Assembly: GCA_965649825.1 (NCBI GenBank) | Contig: OZ287700.1 | Location: 1,240,001 to 1,304,000 of the forward strand | Direction of reading: 5' to 3' | From: Penicillus capitatus | Lineage: Eukaryota; Plantae; Chlorophyta | Length of the DNA stretch: 64,000 bases | Shown here: in pieces, positions 12,347 through 26,582 of the stretch | Layout of the letters: the number at the start of each line of letters is the position of its first letter | How positions within the stretch are numbered: the stretch's first letter is position 1 | Position numbers and translations under genes: made by a program | Notes under the pieces: generated by a model | The model's database searches: none | What the model was told of the DNA's origin: nothing | Seen by the model: the letters and a program-made list of their open reading frames with translations, nothing else

Positions 12347-13038
12347 TTAAACAACGTAGAGATCCGACACGCGGACAGATTGTGTGATTCTCTTGGCGTC
12401 ATTGTGTGACAAGTATGAGATTTTCTCAGGCGCGACCGCTTCCAGAAACTTCTTGAACTGTTGACCGAGCAACACTTGCATCTCTTTGTCGCCCGAGCTG
12501 CTCGTCCAGAGACAGATTCTGTTTCCTTTTGCACGGATATTGCAAGCGACGCCACAGATGTCGTCCATCTCATTAAACATCTCACCTGTCACATCACCGC
12601 ATACAGCACTGAGACGTCCTTCTCCTATGCCGCGTGTTACCAATGCACGCAAGCATGGCATCGAGCCAAGCTTCGTTCGTGAGTTTCTCTTGGTTCTTTC
12701 CTTTGGGTATTCCGATCGTCCATCGTCCACCGTTCTCACAAGACGGATCCTCCCATTTGGGCGCCACACCTGCCTTGCTTTTTCGCATAGGTCAATGCAT
12801 CTCGATGCAGTGGACCTTCTTTGAAGAGGTGGATGTCACAGTTTGGCTTCAACGTCCCCGGTGATGCGACATTGTGATGAATGCGCCAGAAATCTTCGAC
12901 CGTCCCGAACGTATAAATAGAACGCAGCGTGTCGCCAAAGTTATCATTCGTATGTCGACAGGAAGGATTATCAAACCATAACGTCCAGCGACGTCCCAGA
13001 GGATGTGTTGCAGTCGCACGGTCGTTTGTCGTCGTCAT
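12347..13038 (-). CDS. eIF4E: Translation initiation factor eIF4E family protein
   Basis: HPLGRRWTLWFD, TFGTVEDFW, FKEGVAPKWEDP..NGGRW, DICGVACNIRAKGNRICLWT. Confidence 0.93.
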
Positions 13039-13078
13039 GACGCGCACCAAATGACAAACGCCGTACGAAACGCCGAAC

Positions 13079-13942
13079 ATGCAGCGACGTGTTGCTGCCC
13101 GTCTGGTGCGTCAACTCTGGATCGATCAGAGCTGGATGGCAGCATCTAACAGCGCCGCCCCGCCGTCGGACGAAGCGTCGACGGTGTCCTTTGGAAGTCG
13201 ACGTGTCGATCCGAAAGAGAAGCCCGTTCTCATTGGCAACATCTTCAGCAACGTCGCCGAGCGTTATGACTTGATGAACGACCTCATGAGCTTCGGCATC
13301 CACCGTCTGTGGAAAGACTACTATGTCTCGCAGTTTCCCGTCTCCCCTACGCTGCAGCATCTCGACGTTGCAGGCGGAACGGGAGATATCGCCTTTCGTT
13401 TGGTCGATCGTCTACCGGCGCCGAGGGAGTCATCAAAAATCGTGGTCTGCGATTTGAGCAAAGAGATGGTCGATCAAGGAAGGCGAAGGGCTGAACGCAG
13501 TGCCAAAGAACGACACCGACAGTGTATTGAATGGAAGGTTGGCGATGCCGAGGCGCTGCCGTTCGAAGACGCCACATTCGACTCTTACTCGATCGCCTTT
13601 GGCATCCGCAACACGACGCATATGGATGTCGTTCTCCGCGAAGCGCATCGCGTTCTCAAGCCTGGTGGCTTTTTCGCCTGTCTGGAATTTTCGCACGTGG
13701 AGAATTCTTTATTGAGCCGACTCAACGACATCTACTCTCTCAACATTATACCCCTCATGGGTCAGATGATCGTGGGAGACCGCGACTCGTATCAGTACTT
13801 AGTCGATAGCATTCGACAGTTTCCGAAACAGGAGCCCTTTGCCACGATGATCTCTCGTGCAGGTTTCGGAGACGTGGCCTATGAGAATCTAACCGGCGGC
13901 ATCGTGGCGATCCATTCAGGCAGAAAGGCGACCGATGGCTAG
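13079..13942 (+). CDS. COQ5: COQ5/UbiE 2-methoxy-6-polyprenyl-1,4-benzoquinol methylase (intronless)
   Basis: IFSNVAERYDLMNDLMSFGIHRLWK, LDVAGGTGDIAF, GDAEALPFEDATFD, YSIAFGIRNTT, YQYLVDSIRQFP. Confidence 0.95.
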   Translation: MQRRVAARLVRQLWIDQSWMAASNSAAPPSDEASTVSFGSRRVDPKEKPVLIGNIFSNVAERYDLMNDLMSFGIHRLWKDYYVSQFPVSPTLQHLDVAGGTGDIAFRLVDRLPAPRESSKIVVCDLSKEMVDQGRRRAERSAKERHRQCIEWKVGDAEALPFEDATFDSYSIAFGIRNTTHMDVVLREAHRVLKPGGFFACLEFSHVENSLLSRLNDIYSLNIIPLMGQMIVGDRDSYQYLVDSIRQFPKQEPFATMISRAGFGDVAYENLTGGIVAIHSGRKATDG

Positions 13943-13976
13943 AAGACCCCGTCCGCAAGCGCGGAAAGGCCGCTCA

Positions 13977-13986
13977 GATGTGACGT
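13977..13986. promoter_or_regulatory. GATGTGACGT motif upstream of 6PGD
   Basis: Same motif as at other promoter-proximal sites; 44 nt before ATG 14031. Confidence 0.35.
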
Positions 13987-14030
13987 CTGCGTCGACAAAG
14001 GGGGATGGATGGTGGCACGAATGTGTCGTC

Positions 14031-15855
14031 ATGCATGGAACGATGAGCATCTTTGCTGTTAAGCCGCGCAATTTTGAGCGCTGTGTTGTCAACGTTGCCG
14101 CTCGCCCTTACGCGAAGTCTCGTCAGATTCGCCCCCTGCGCAACGCACGTCTAACTCAGACAAGAACTTGTCATCCCATTTATCGCGCGAGAGATCTCGT
14201 CGCGCTCGAAGCCATCGCCGACAACAGAGAACGAGCCACAGACACGATGGGCGACACGTCGTTCGTTTCATTCGCCAAGAGTCGACCCGTCTTGTCAGCG
14301 TCATGCCTATAGGGTGGCGGTATCCGATATCGGATTGGTCGGCCTTGCCGTCATGGGCCAAAACCTGGCGCTCAATATCGCCGAGAAGGGATTCAAGATT
14401 AGCGTCTTTAATCGAACCTATGCCAAAACGGAAAAGGCAGTGCAGCGTGCGTCGAAAGAGAAGCTCGCCGAAAACTTGAAAGGCTACGAAGATATCGAAG
14501 ATTTTATCCAATCGCTCAAAACGCCCAGAAGAGTGATCATCTTGGTCCAGGCTGGAAAGCCAGTGGACGCCACCATCGATAACCTATTGGCAAATGGCTT
14601 TGAAGAAGGCGATCTCATTATTGACGGTGGAAATGAATGGTATGAGAACACGGAGGCCCGTTTGAAAAAAGTGCAAGAAAGGGGAGTGCTTTACATGGGT
14701 ATGGGCGTATCTGGCGGAGAAGAGGGTGCCAGAAATGGACCATCCATGATGCCGGGTGGCAACAAGCAAGGGTACATACAGCTTAGCTTCTCCCCAGCTT
14801 CCTCCTCACAGGATGCCGTTTTCTGTAGATACGAGTATATTCGAAGAATTGTGGAGAAGGTGGCTGCGCAGGTTGATGATGGTCCATGTGTGATGTACGT
14901 TGGAGAAGGCGGCTCTGGGAATTTTGTGAAGATGGTGCACAATGGCATCGAGTACGGCGACATGCAACTCATCTCCGAAGCGTACGATATTTTGAAGACG
15001 ATCGGTGGCCTGACCAACGAAGAATTGGCAAAGGTCTTTACCGAATGGAATCAGACAGAGCTCAAAAGTTTTCTCATCGAAATCACATCGATCATCCTAA
15101 CCGTCAAAGACGAAGGATCCAACGATGAATATATACTGGACAAGATCGTTGACAAGACTGGAAGCAAAGGCACCGGTAAATGGACGGTGCAACAGGCAGC
15201 CGATCTCTCAACGGCGGCGCCCACCATCACTGCCTCGTTGGATGGCCGATACATGAGTGCCTTAAAGTACCAGAGGGTCAAAGCCTGTGCCTTCTACAAA
15301 GACCTCGATCTCCAGACGCCAACAAAAGTGCCAGGAATTGACAAGGCGCAGCTCGTGGATGATGTACGCAAGGCACTCTACGCTTCCAAGATCTGTAGTT
15401 ATGCTCAAGGAATGAACATCATTCGTGCCAAGAGTCAAGAAAAGAAATGGAACATCGATGTTGGCTCTTTGGCGCGTATCTGGAAAGGAGGATGCATTAT
15501 TCGAGCGGCGTTCTTGGATGACATCAAGAAAGCGTACTACAACAATCCAGAACTCGATAATCTCTTGATGGATCCCTTCTTTGGAAAAGCCATCGCTGCA
15601 AACGATGCCTCGTGGAGAAAGGTTGTGCAGTTGGCGATCGGATCCGGCGTGGCCGTTCCCGGAATGACGGCAAGTCTCTCGTATTTTGACGCGTATCGTC
15701 GGGAACGGCTTCCGGCCAACTTAGTCCAGGCACAGCGCGATTTCTTCGGCTCGCACACATACGAGAGATTTGACAAAGAGGGATGGTTCCACACCGTCTG
15801 GGATGCTTCGTTTGGCAGTGCCGATTCTGTGACAACAACAGGATACAATGCATGA
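14031..15855 (+). CDS. gnd: 6-phosphogluconate dehydrogenase, decarboxylating
   Basis: IGLVGLAVMGQNLALN, GVSGGEEGARNGPS, GNFVKMVHNGIEYGD, GSKGTGKWT, AQRDFFGSHTYER. Introns 14258-14312 and 14772-14828. Possible starts at 14031, 14043 and 14247. Confidence 0.97.
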
Positions 15856-15979
15856 TCGACAGAGAAACAACAAAAATGCAAGTTCGTCTCATGAACACCG
15901 AACGCTGAATCTTGCAGCAAACGTTCCTTTAATCATCATCTCCGTGCCGTGCCACGTCTCGTGTGCGTTGGATGACCGA

Positions 15980-17125
15980 TCAAACAAGATGGAATGTCTT
16001 TGTGAGGTTGAGAATAGAATCTGCGATAACGCGATGCGTGTCTCTGCAGTATCCTCCCGAGAGCAGCATCACGATAGGCGCTTTGGCATCGGCTGCGTGT
16101 TGGAACACCATTTCGTCCCGTTGGATCACGGCATCCGATGTGACATTGAGGCGTCCAAGCGGATCGCCTTTCAAGATATCTGTCCCTGCATTGTAGACGA
16201 CCAGATCCGGTTGAAAACGTTGTCGAGCAGTATTCAGGGCTGTCTTGAGCTTGTCCAGGTACTCAACGTTGCCCACTCCAGAACGCAGCTCTACGGCGAT
16301 ATCGATGGCAGATTTCGCAACGAAGTCTCCTGGAAAAATACCTAAACCAATGAACGGTGTATCACGCACTTGAGGGTGACAACACAAAGCGGCGGCTGAC
16401 CTGCATTGTAGATGTCCACAATAAAGAGATGATCATCTTTGAAAGTGCGTTTGTCATGTTCAACGCCATTTCCTTGATGAACATCGCCATCAATGTAGAG
16501 CACGTTCTGAATCTTCTGATTCGTGGCTGATCGAATCTTGCGGATGCCGACGGTTATATCTGCATAAAAGCACCACCCTTCGCTGTGATTATTGCGTGCA
16601 TGATGGGCGCCGCCTCCTGCAAGCGCAACGGGTAGAGTGCGGGACTCAGTTGAATGACGGACCGAGATTGATGGCCCATCCTCGTTCAATCGCAAGTCCC
16701 ATCGCCAAGACCGTGCCACCGAGATGGTATCGTATGGGATCCATCAAACAGCGCTGCAAGAGAAAACGCGGAACGATTAAAGCCAGAGGCAGCTCCACCA
16801 CTTGACATATATACAGCTTGCTCTTGTGCAGCTTGTTCAGATGTTCTTCTGTGTGCACGTCTCTCAACATCTCATCCGTTGCGTAGACAGGTGACGGGAG
16901 ATCTGAACGTTGACAGAGACCAGCCGATTCAAGGAGTCCTGCAATCTTTCCGAATTTGCATGCGTCCATTGGATGGAGCTTCTCAAGGCCAAAGACCCGG
17001 ATGTTGTACTCTTCGCAGTAGACAATAGGCACACGGCTCTTCCATGTTCCCCGACAAGGGATGGCGTTGCGAACTGAAGGGACGAGTTCAGGACGGCACG
17101 CATTCGCCGGGAAAAGGGCAGCCAT
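15980..17125 (-). CDS. HDAC11: Class IV (HDAC11/HDA2-like) histone deacetylase
   Basis: FGLEKLHPMD, AINLGGGAHHA, GWCFYADIT, IDGDVHQGNG, VYNAGTDIL.GDPLG, LLSGGY. Confidence 0.9.
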
Positions 17126-17139
17126 AATGCATGCGTGGA

Positions 17140-17149
17140 CAGTCACATC
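17140..17149. promoter_or_regulatory. CAGTCACATC motif in the HDAC/protease bidirectional promoter
   Basis: Lies between divergent ATGs 17125 and 17230. Contains CAGTCACA. Confidence 0.35.
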
Positions 17150-17229
17150 GTACGAAGACCCCAACGGTGCGTCTAAAGGCAGGTCGCTTCGCATCTCCGT
17201 CCTTTCCGCACCACCACCACCTTGAAGCG

Positions 17230-19237
17230 ATGAAGCGTGCCCTTGTCGCCTTCGTTTGCCTAAGCACTCTTGCTTGCGGCGTCCTCGGTGCTATTCACGA
17301 GTTCAACGATGCCAAAATACGTGAAATGGCCAACGCCGCCGAGAATGCGGTGAATTCGTTTGCCGGTTTCCCCAAGAGCTACGAGGTATCATCGCCAGAC
17401 GTCATACATTACGAGGCGGCGTTTTAGGCGGAGTATACGTTTACGCTTCCCTACACCAGCCTCTTCAGTCCGGAGCCCGTCAAGTGCGTCGTCAGACGGT
17501 CGCATGCCCATGTCTAAATCGGTCGCGCTTAGGTATTCGATTCACATGTGGGTCGATGCCGAGGACGAACACGACAAGAAGATACGTATCGAAGACTCTG
17601 ATGGCAGAAACAAGAAAATCACCACCAAGGTAAGGCGCGGACTGTTGATACCCGTATGGACGCTTTTGACCCGTAGGACATCCAATACGTGGTGAACCCA
17701 CGCATCAATGAACTCATGTGCACAAAACAGAAGCCCAAACCCGATGACCATCATCTTCATGTGCTGACAGGAAAGGAAAGGGTGCGTGCGTCTTCTTCTT
17801 AAACACTGTGTGCGTGAGGTGCGGATTTCTAGGGACTGCCGCACGATATGGTCAACTGGACGTATGTTGGTAACGCCTTCTACGAATCGGAGCCATGTCA
17901 AGTGTATCGCCTGACGGAGACGTTCTTTGAGCGCACGGCATATTACACACTCTACGTTTCGCCGGAAGGTTCCCCTCTGTTCATGTCGGCCATCGGGCAG
18001 AACTATTTCACTGGGGCGCATTTCGATGAGTATCTTGCGTACTTTACCGCTTACGTCCCGGGCGTACCAGATCCTTCTGTCTTTGACCCGCCAGCAGAAT
18101 GCGAAGGCAAGTGGTGGAACGAGCTCCATCCGGAGGACAGTATGGAGAACAGACCTATTCTTATGCAACTGGATTTCTTTGTACCATTCATCGCACAGGG
18201 ACATCCGGAATACGATGCCTTCCTTGCAAAGAACCAACATGGACGTCGACTATCCAGTGCATCTGAATACAATGACCGTTTGAAGATTTTTTTGAGAAAC
18301 AAAGAACACATCGAGCGTCACAACGCACAGAATGGCGTCAGCTATTGGCTAGAGCTGAATGAATTCGCTGACTGGACAGACGAGGAGTTCATGGGACTCA
18401 AGACAGGTCAAATGCTTTTGTGTGAGAAAGAGTGAGCACTTGGGTGTCGCTGTAGGCCATTTGGAAGAAAATAAGCAGGTGGATGCGTTGATACGAGAAC
18501 ATGCAGAGTACTTTGTGGATGTCGAGAATGATGAGCTTCCCGAGAGCTTCTCCTGGTATGGCACACCAGCAGACGGTATTGTCAAAGATCAAGCCGTTTG
18601 CGGATCCTGCTGGGCCTTTGCTGCGACCGAAGCGATGAAGGGCGCCTGGTATGTGGCGACGAACGAATCTGCCAGTTTCTCTGAACAGCAGCTCGTCGAT
18701 TGCGCCTGGAATTATTTCAACTATGCATGCGAAGGCGGATTCATCACGATGGCTATTCTGTTTGCCATTAACAACGGTGGCGTCGCATCGGAATTTGCTT
18801 ACGGTTACAAAGGAGTCGATGACTTCTGCACACCGCACGTCGAGAACTTTGCCAAGTTCAGCAACGTGGGTATTGCTGGCAAGAGAGAGCCAGAAATCGT
18901 GAAAAAGGCCTTGATCAAGCATGGACCTTTGGGAATCTCGATGGATGCCGGTCATCTCGATTTCAGATTCTACAAATCTGGCGTCTTTATTCAGCCCAAT
19001 TGCTCAAGCACCAAAACAAACCATGCTGTGGCGCTGATCGGCTATGGCAAAGAGAATGGACGCAACTACTGGTTGATTAAGAACTCGTGGAGTACCCTGT
19101 GGGGCGACAAGGGATACATCAAGATGGATGCCGAAGAATTCGACTGCGGCACCACAACGCGTCCAGTCTATGCCGTAGCAGATCCAGAAGCAGCTGCAAA
19201 GCGCATTGAAGAGCTGCGAGAGCGAGCACACGCATGA
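17230..19237 (+). CDS. Secreted papain-family (C1A) cysteine protease with long N-terminal extension (26/29-kDa proteinase/CfaD-like architecture)
   Basis: Signal peptide MKRALVAFVCLSTLACGVLG; I29 prodomain (RLKIFLRN...ELNEFADWTDEEF); catalytic QAVCGSCWAF, NHAV, IKNSWS. Confidence 0.92.
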
Positions 19238-19341
19238 TGTCCATCTCGTTTTTTAGCGTTGCTAATAGTAAGGGCCCTGTGGCTTTCAGTTTAAGGAGAG
19301 ACCTGTTATTAAGGCTTCATGTCTGAGCGGTTTTTTGGATA

Positions 19342-19785
19342 TTATACACTTGAGTTTGTGAGATTCTTAATACGTGCTGCTGCCTCGACGTATTTCGTAA
19401 AGCTGTCACGTTTCCTGTTGAATTGTTGGGTAAAGAGATCCTGTGCCTTTATGAATGCAATCTAAAGACAAAAGCATCGACTCAGAGTGTCTGTCCGTCA
19501 TACAATGTGTCCAATTAGAACGCCTACCTCTGAAGCATCCCACGCGAAATCGCTTTTCATGACGGACAGCATTCGGCCAGGGACCGCATCGAGATAGCCG
19601 GGATTGGAGATCCAAATCGAACGACTCAGCCGCTCCTCGTGTGTCGGATCCCTGCCTTTGCCTTTGGCATCGCGCGCTCGGATAGCGTCCATGCATGGCG
19701 CTTGGCGGGAGGGATTTCGCAATGCACGATCTGGATAGAGGAGTTGTTGGATGTCGACATCCTCGTTGTCGTTTGCCATCATCAT
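19342..19785 (-). CDS. Hypothetical protein (~126 aa, 2 exons)
   Basis: GT-AG intron 19462-19527 joins ...MKSDFAWDASE to IAFIKAQDLFTQQFNRKRDSFTKYVEAAARIKNLTNSSV* in frame. Confidence 0.6.
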
Positions 19786-19879
19786 TGCATCGATCGTTGA
19801 TGGCCGCCATTATGAATCCGATGATCATTCAACCGTTCTGGACAACGTGTCCGTGTTCACGTGTCCGTGTTCCATCCAT

Positions 19880-20684
19880 ATGAAAACTCCGACGATCTTT
19901 GCGCTGTTCTTGGCGACGGTCGCTTTTCGGCTGTGCTATGGAAGTGATGTCGTGGAGCTGACGGACGAGAATTTCGACCGACTTGTGGCACAGGGCACAT
20001 GGATGGTAAAAGTCTTTGCTCCATGGTAACCACTCGGCTCTGCAGCTCAGCGCCGTTTCAGCTCTGCCTTCAGGTGTTCTCACTGTCGCAAAGTGCGCCC
20101 CGTCTGGGAAGAACTCGCGACGACGCTCAAGAATGAAGGCATTAACATTGGCACCGTAACCTCTTCCTAACCCTGAACAGTCCATGTCGACATGGCCGGC
20201 CGGCCCTTCAATCTAGATCGATGGAACGAAAGAAACGGTCCTGGTCACCCGTTTTGACACGACAGGATTTCCATCCTTCTACCATCTCAAAGACGGAAAG
20301 TGCCGAGAGTACGAAGGCCAGAGGACAGTACAGAGCGTAAGATGACGATCGGTATGTTAGGAGAGAGACTGAGATGGGTGATCTGCTGCATAGTTTGCAG
20401 ATTTTGCTCGATCCGGATACCAGTCGGTTGATCCGATGCCTTTCTATCGCGCACCAAATGGACCCCTCGGCAAAATGATGGCAGCTGCTAAGCAGATGCC
20501 GCTGCAAGTGGCGGACACGTATCAATGGCTGCATAAAGAGAAGGAGTTCTCACAGCTGGTCATCCTAGCGATGACGCTCTGCATTCCCGTCTCCATCGGC
20601 CTTGGGCTGATCTGTGCACTGGACTGTCTCTTTACTCGATCCCAAGTGCGACGGACGGCCGTTGCGCGACCGCACGAGGAATAG
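19880..20684 (+). CDS. Membrane-anchored thioredoxin/PDI-like protein (TMX1-like)
   Basis: Signal peptide, VVELTDENFD, spliced FAPWCSHC active site, GFPSFYHLKDG, C-terminal TM helix. Confidence 0.88.
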
Positions 20685-20704
20685 AACACCAACACCCTCG
20701 CTCA

Positions 20705-20709
20705 TGTAA
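20705..20709 (+). terminator. TGTAA polyadenylation signal
   Basis: 20 nt after the TMX stop codon. Confidence 0.4.
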
Positions 20710-20846
20710 ACTATGGAAGCTGACACCGTGTGCAAGGATATGACAGACACATCTAGACGGTTTGATCATCAAAAGGACACCTCTCTATCGATCTTCCCCG
20801 ACGGCCATCATAGATCGATGATCGTGACAAGACATGTGCTCTCGCT

Positions 20847-21873
20847 TTACTCCACGATGAGGACGTTGTTTGTGACGCCGGAATCGTGTGTGATACTGGG
20901 GAAGGCATCGGTCAATCTCCATTCATCATTTATCAGCAGCTTGAATTCGTACCGGCCCTGAAACCAACCGTACATGGATTGGATGTTGTCGTCAGGAGTA
21001 TGTGCGAGAGAAGCAAGCGTACAGGCAGGAGTTCTAGTGTTCCTGTGAATTCTGACATGACCTGTTCCGAGATCTCTTCTGCGGATAGCTCTCTGCCTCG
21101 AGTCCATCCATCAAAGTCGCCCATGATACGCACGTCTTGTGCAACGCCGACCCAAGTGATCGGCACTTTGCGCGGACAGTTGCTCGAAATCACTTCTCTC
21201 TCCTTTTCCAATGCCTGATGGGTGACATCCAGTCGCTTCTGCAGGGCACTCAGTTTCCGAATGGTATCATCTTCGTCCACGGCAAACTTAAGAGAGGCCG
21301 CGACAGATACCGTCAGACAAGATAGAGCATCCAACTCATCAATAACCTGCACACCATCAAGATGAGACATCGCGTCCAAACGGGACAGCACCTTGCTTTC
21401 TGCATAATTCTGAATGCTTCATGCATCGCCTGATTGCCATCTTCCATCCGATGCTCCAAGTATGCTATATACTGAAAGCCATCCTTGTTAAGGGATACGA
21501 CTGAGAGATGCTCACTTTGTTGGCTTCGCTCAGTCTAAGCGACATTCGACTTCTGGATTCCTTCAGTTGCTCGATCAACTGCATCAGAGATCGGGATCAC
21601 GATGTGGATCTTGTGCGATGTGGCCGACACCTTCTCTTGGTTCCTGTCGTCGATGCTAAGAAGTTTGGATGTGCTGGATGCGCGTTTCCTGCTGTTGGAT
21701 GCATTCTGCATCTCTGAACGCACTGTCTAAACAGCACCTTTATGTGGCGCTCTGACTCTGAATGGACATACTAGACAACTGGAGAGAAAACTGCGAGAAA
21801 GGGGGTCTGGAAACGAAACCTGTGGCAAAGACGCATATCCACAAGAACAGTTCGAGATTCGAAGGAGCGACAT
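20847..21873 (-). CDS. PTST1: PROTEIN TARGETING TO STARCH 1-like (coiled coil + CBM48)
   Basis: Transit peptide; RMSLRLSEANKYIAYLE coiled coil; VPITWVGVAQDVRIMGDFDGWT...LLPGRYEFKLLINDEW...NNVLIVE*. GC-AG intron 21347-21396. Confidence 0.85.
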
Positions 21874-22049
21874 GGCTGCGGTGGACGTTGCTTCGTCGCT
21901 GACGATTTGGCATCCACCTCTTAGTTGTGAATCTCGTGCATTGGGCGATAGGCGGGGACGGAAAACGGCGTGAAAGAAAATCGACCGCGAGCATCCTGCA
22001 ACGCTGGAAGCGAAGAATCTTTCTGGACGTCTTTTCACTTGGACACAGC

Positions 22050-22614
22050 GTGTATGACCCACGATCGCCAAACAAAAGAACATCCGATCCGCGGGTCTCT
22101 TCGACGGACCAACCAAAGACGTCCACCCTTCCGACCCTCTCTCAGAAAGCCCTAACTCAAGAAACTGTTCTCGGCTCCGAAATCTTTATCGTATGGCATC
22201 TTCACTGTCCATGCAAAGATTCAGAAGAGTGATTTGACAGGCACGGGATGTTTTGAGTCTCAAGGAGTGCCGTCAGTTTATAGAGTTTGCAGAATCTCTT
22301 GGATTTCAGCATCAAGGAAGCAGAGGTGCAGCGCACCAAGAAGTCCGTTGTGTGTCATCTTCTGCATTTCTACTTCTCTATCCTTAAAGGCACTGCGAGA
22401 CAACGATCGGATTTCGTTCCATGATGAACGGCTTGCCCAGCAACTCTGGAATCGTACTGGATTGAGCGCTCTGTTTGACGGGATCGATCTCGAAGGATGT
22501 CGTGCTATTGGTCTAAATCCACACATTCGGTTCTACAGGTGCATCTGTTCTTCGTCTATCGTGTGCGGTACATCCAAATCCTTTTCGATGAGGATGAAAG
22601 ACGAAAGCGAATAA
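22050..22614 (+). pseudogene. Truncated 2OG-Fe(II) oxygenase (prolyl-4-hydroxylase-like) remnant
   Basis: Spliced EIFIARDVLSLKECRQFIEFAESLGF..GSRGAAHQEALRDNDRI..LAQQLW..GLNPHIRFYR, then a stop without the HxD...H catalytic core. No in-frame ATG found. Confidence 0.55.
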
Positions 22615-22622
22615 TGCTCTGA

Positions 22623-22634
22623 AGTGACGTCACT
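22623..22634. promoter_or_regulatory. Perfect palindrome AGTGACGTCACT upstream of NVL
   Basis: 12-bp palindrome 50 nt before ATG 22685. Confidence 0.35.
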
Positions 22635-22684
22635 GTTCGGGACGACTGGCGCATGCATTGGGGAGCATGCGTGCCTCTGGCGTG

Positions 22685-25327
<2,643 letters not shown>

Positions 25328-25505
25328 CGGTCCGTTTCTGAAGACGCCGTGAGCATTCTCTTTGCCGAATCTTCGACGTTGCGTCCTCAGTGAACGCGTC
25401 ATAGAAACGTGTGTCTTCGTGAGGCACGAGGCATTCGTGGTTTTGACGTACATAGTAAAAAGGCAGGGCGAAATCGGGACAACAAGGAAAAAGCAGATCG
25501 TACTC

Positions 25506-26582
25506 ATGGATGCATGGAAGTCGGCATTGCTTCGGGACTTTTTCCAACGACTCCAGTAATTCTCCTCCGTCATACTGACATTTCGCATCGCCCTTGCGTT
25601 CGGCGCAACCGATTTCCGGATTTGCAGAGAGGCGGAAAGCAACCGGAATCGCGAAACGCGCGCCGCCATTCTTTTGCAAGTGCTGATCATCGCAATGCTT
25701 TGCCAACGGTCACACCTTATGCAAAACGCCAGGCACATGCGAGAGGACTTCTCTTGCGCAAGAGGCTCGAGATCTTCAGGTGCCTTCATCAGCTTCACTC
25801 GTCTAAAGGGGCCGTCCGTTTTGGCACAGATCTGCAGCTGTCAAGATTCAAAGCGGATGGCGTGGTTTCAAAGGACGCGAGCTCTATCGTGCCAAACTCG
25901 ATCAATATCAGACCAGACTGAGAGGGGTCGCGTTCTAAACCGAGTGTGTGAGATCGAGTGTGACCTGCTGCAGGTGTATTTCGCACAGATGGCGACGAGA
26001 ATCCAGGCGCATTGGCGTGGCTACGCGTCAAGGAAGTACATTCACGATTTCTACCAACGCAAACGCTACATCCAGAGCGTTCTCGAGGCCAACAGTGCTG
26101 TACGCGTTTTGCTGGAAGAAGCAGAAAGAGACACATACGTTGAGCTCGAGCGGTTAGCAGTGGACCGGAATAAAACGGAAATCGCGTCGAGACTCGATCG
26201 CATGCATCATCTTCTGTCGACGGCAAGTGTCCAGGGGACTCTCCACGCGAAATCGTGTCAGCTGCTCGATGCAAAGATGGGGGCGGAATTGTTAGAAGAC
26301 GCCGTCCGGCGACATCGACGTCTCTCCAGAACGGAAACGCAAACGGGAGACCGACAAAGCCCGCTGGAGACGTCTAACGCATCGACGATTCGCGTGGACG
26401 GGCCTTACGACCACGTGCGTGAAGAACGATCCCTTCAGAGACGTGTGGAGAAAGCCTATGCAGCTGCCTATTGCGTTCAGCCTTTCACGTCCAGCATACG
26501 AAATATCAAAGCATGGAGGCCTTTGACAACACTCGGCACTTCCGACCACCCAATGCTCGAAACAACGAGCATTTCGCAATGA
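25506..26582 (+). CDS. SPATA17: SPATA17-like IQ-motif ciliary protein
   Basis: Three IQ motifs after splicing (AAILLQAHARGLLLR, AAVKIQSGWRGFKGR, ATRIQAHWRGYASRK), followed by YIHDFYQRKRYIQSVLEAN and RMHHLLST. Confidence 0.75.

Noticed and set aside
14772-14828. 19-aa insertion (YIQLSFSPASSSQDAVFCR) in 6PGD shown in the ORF track
   Set aside because: It is a 57-nt GT-AG intron that happens to be in frame and stop-free.
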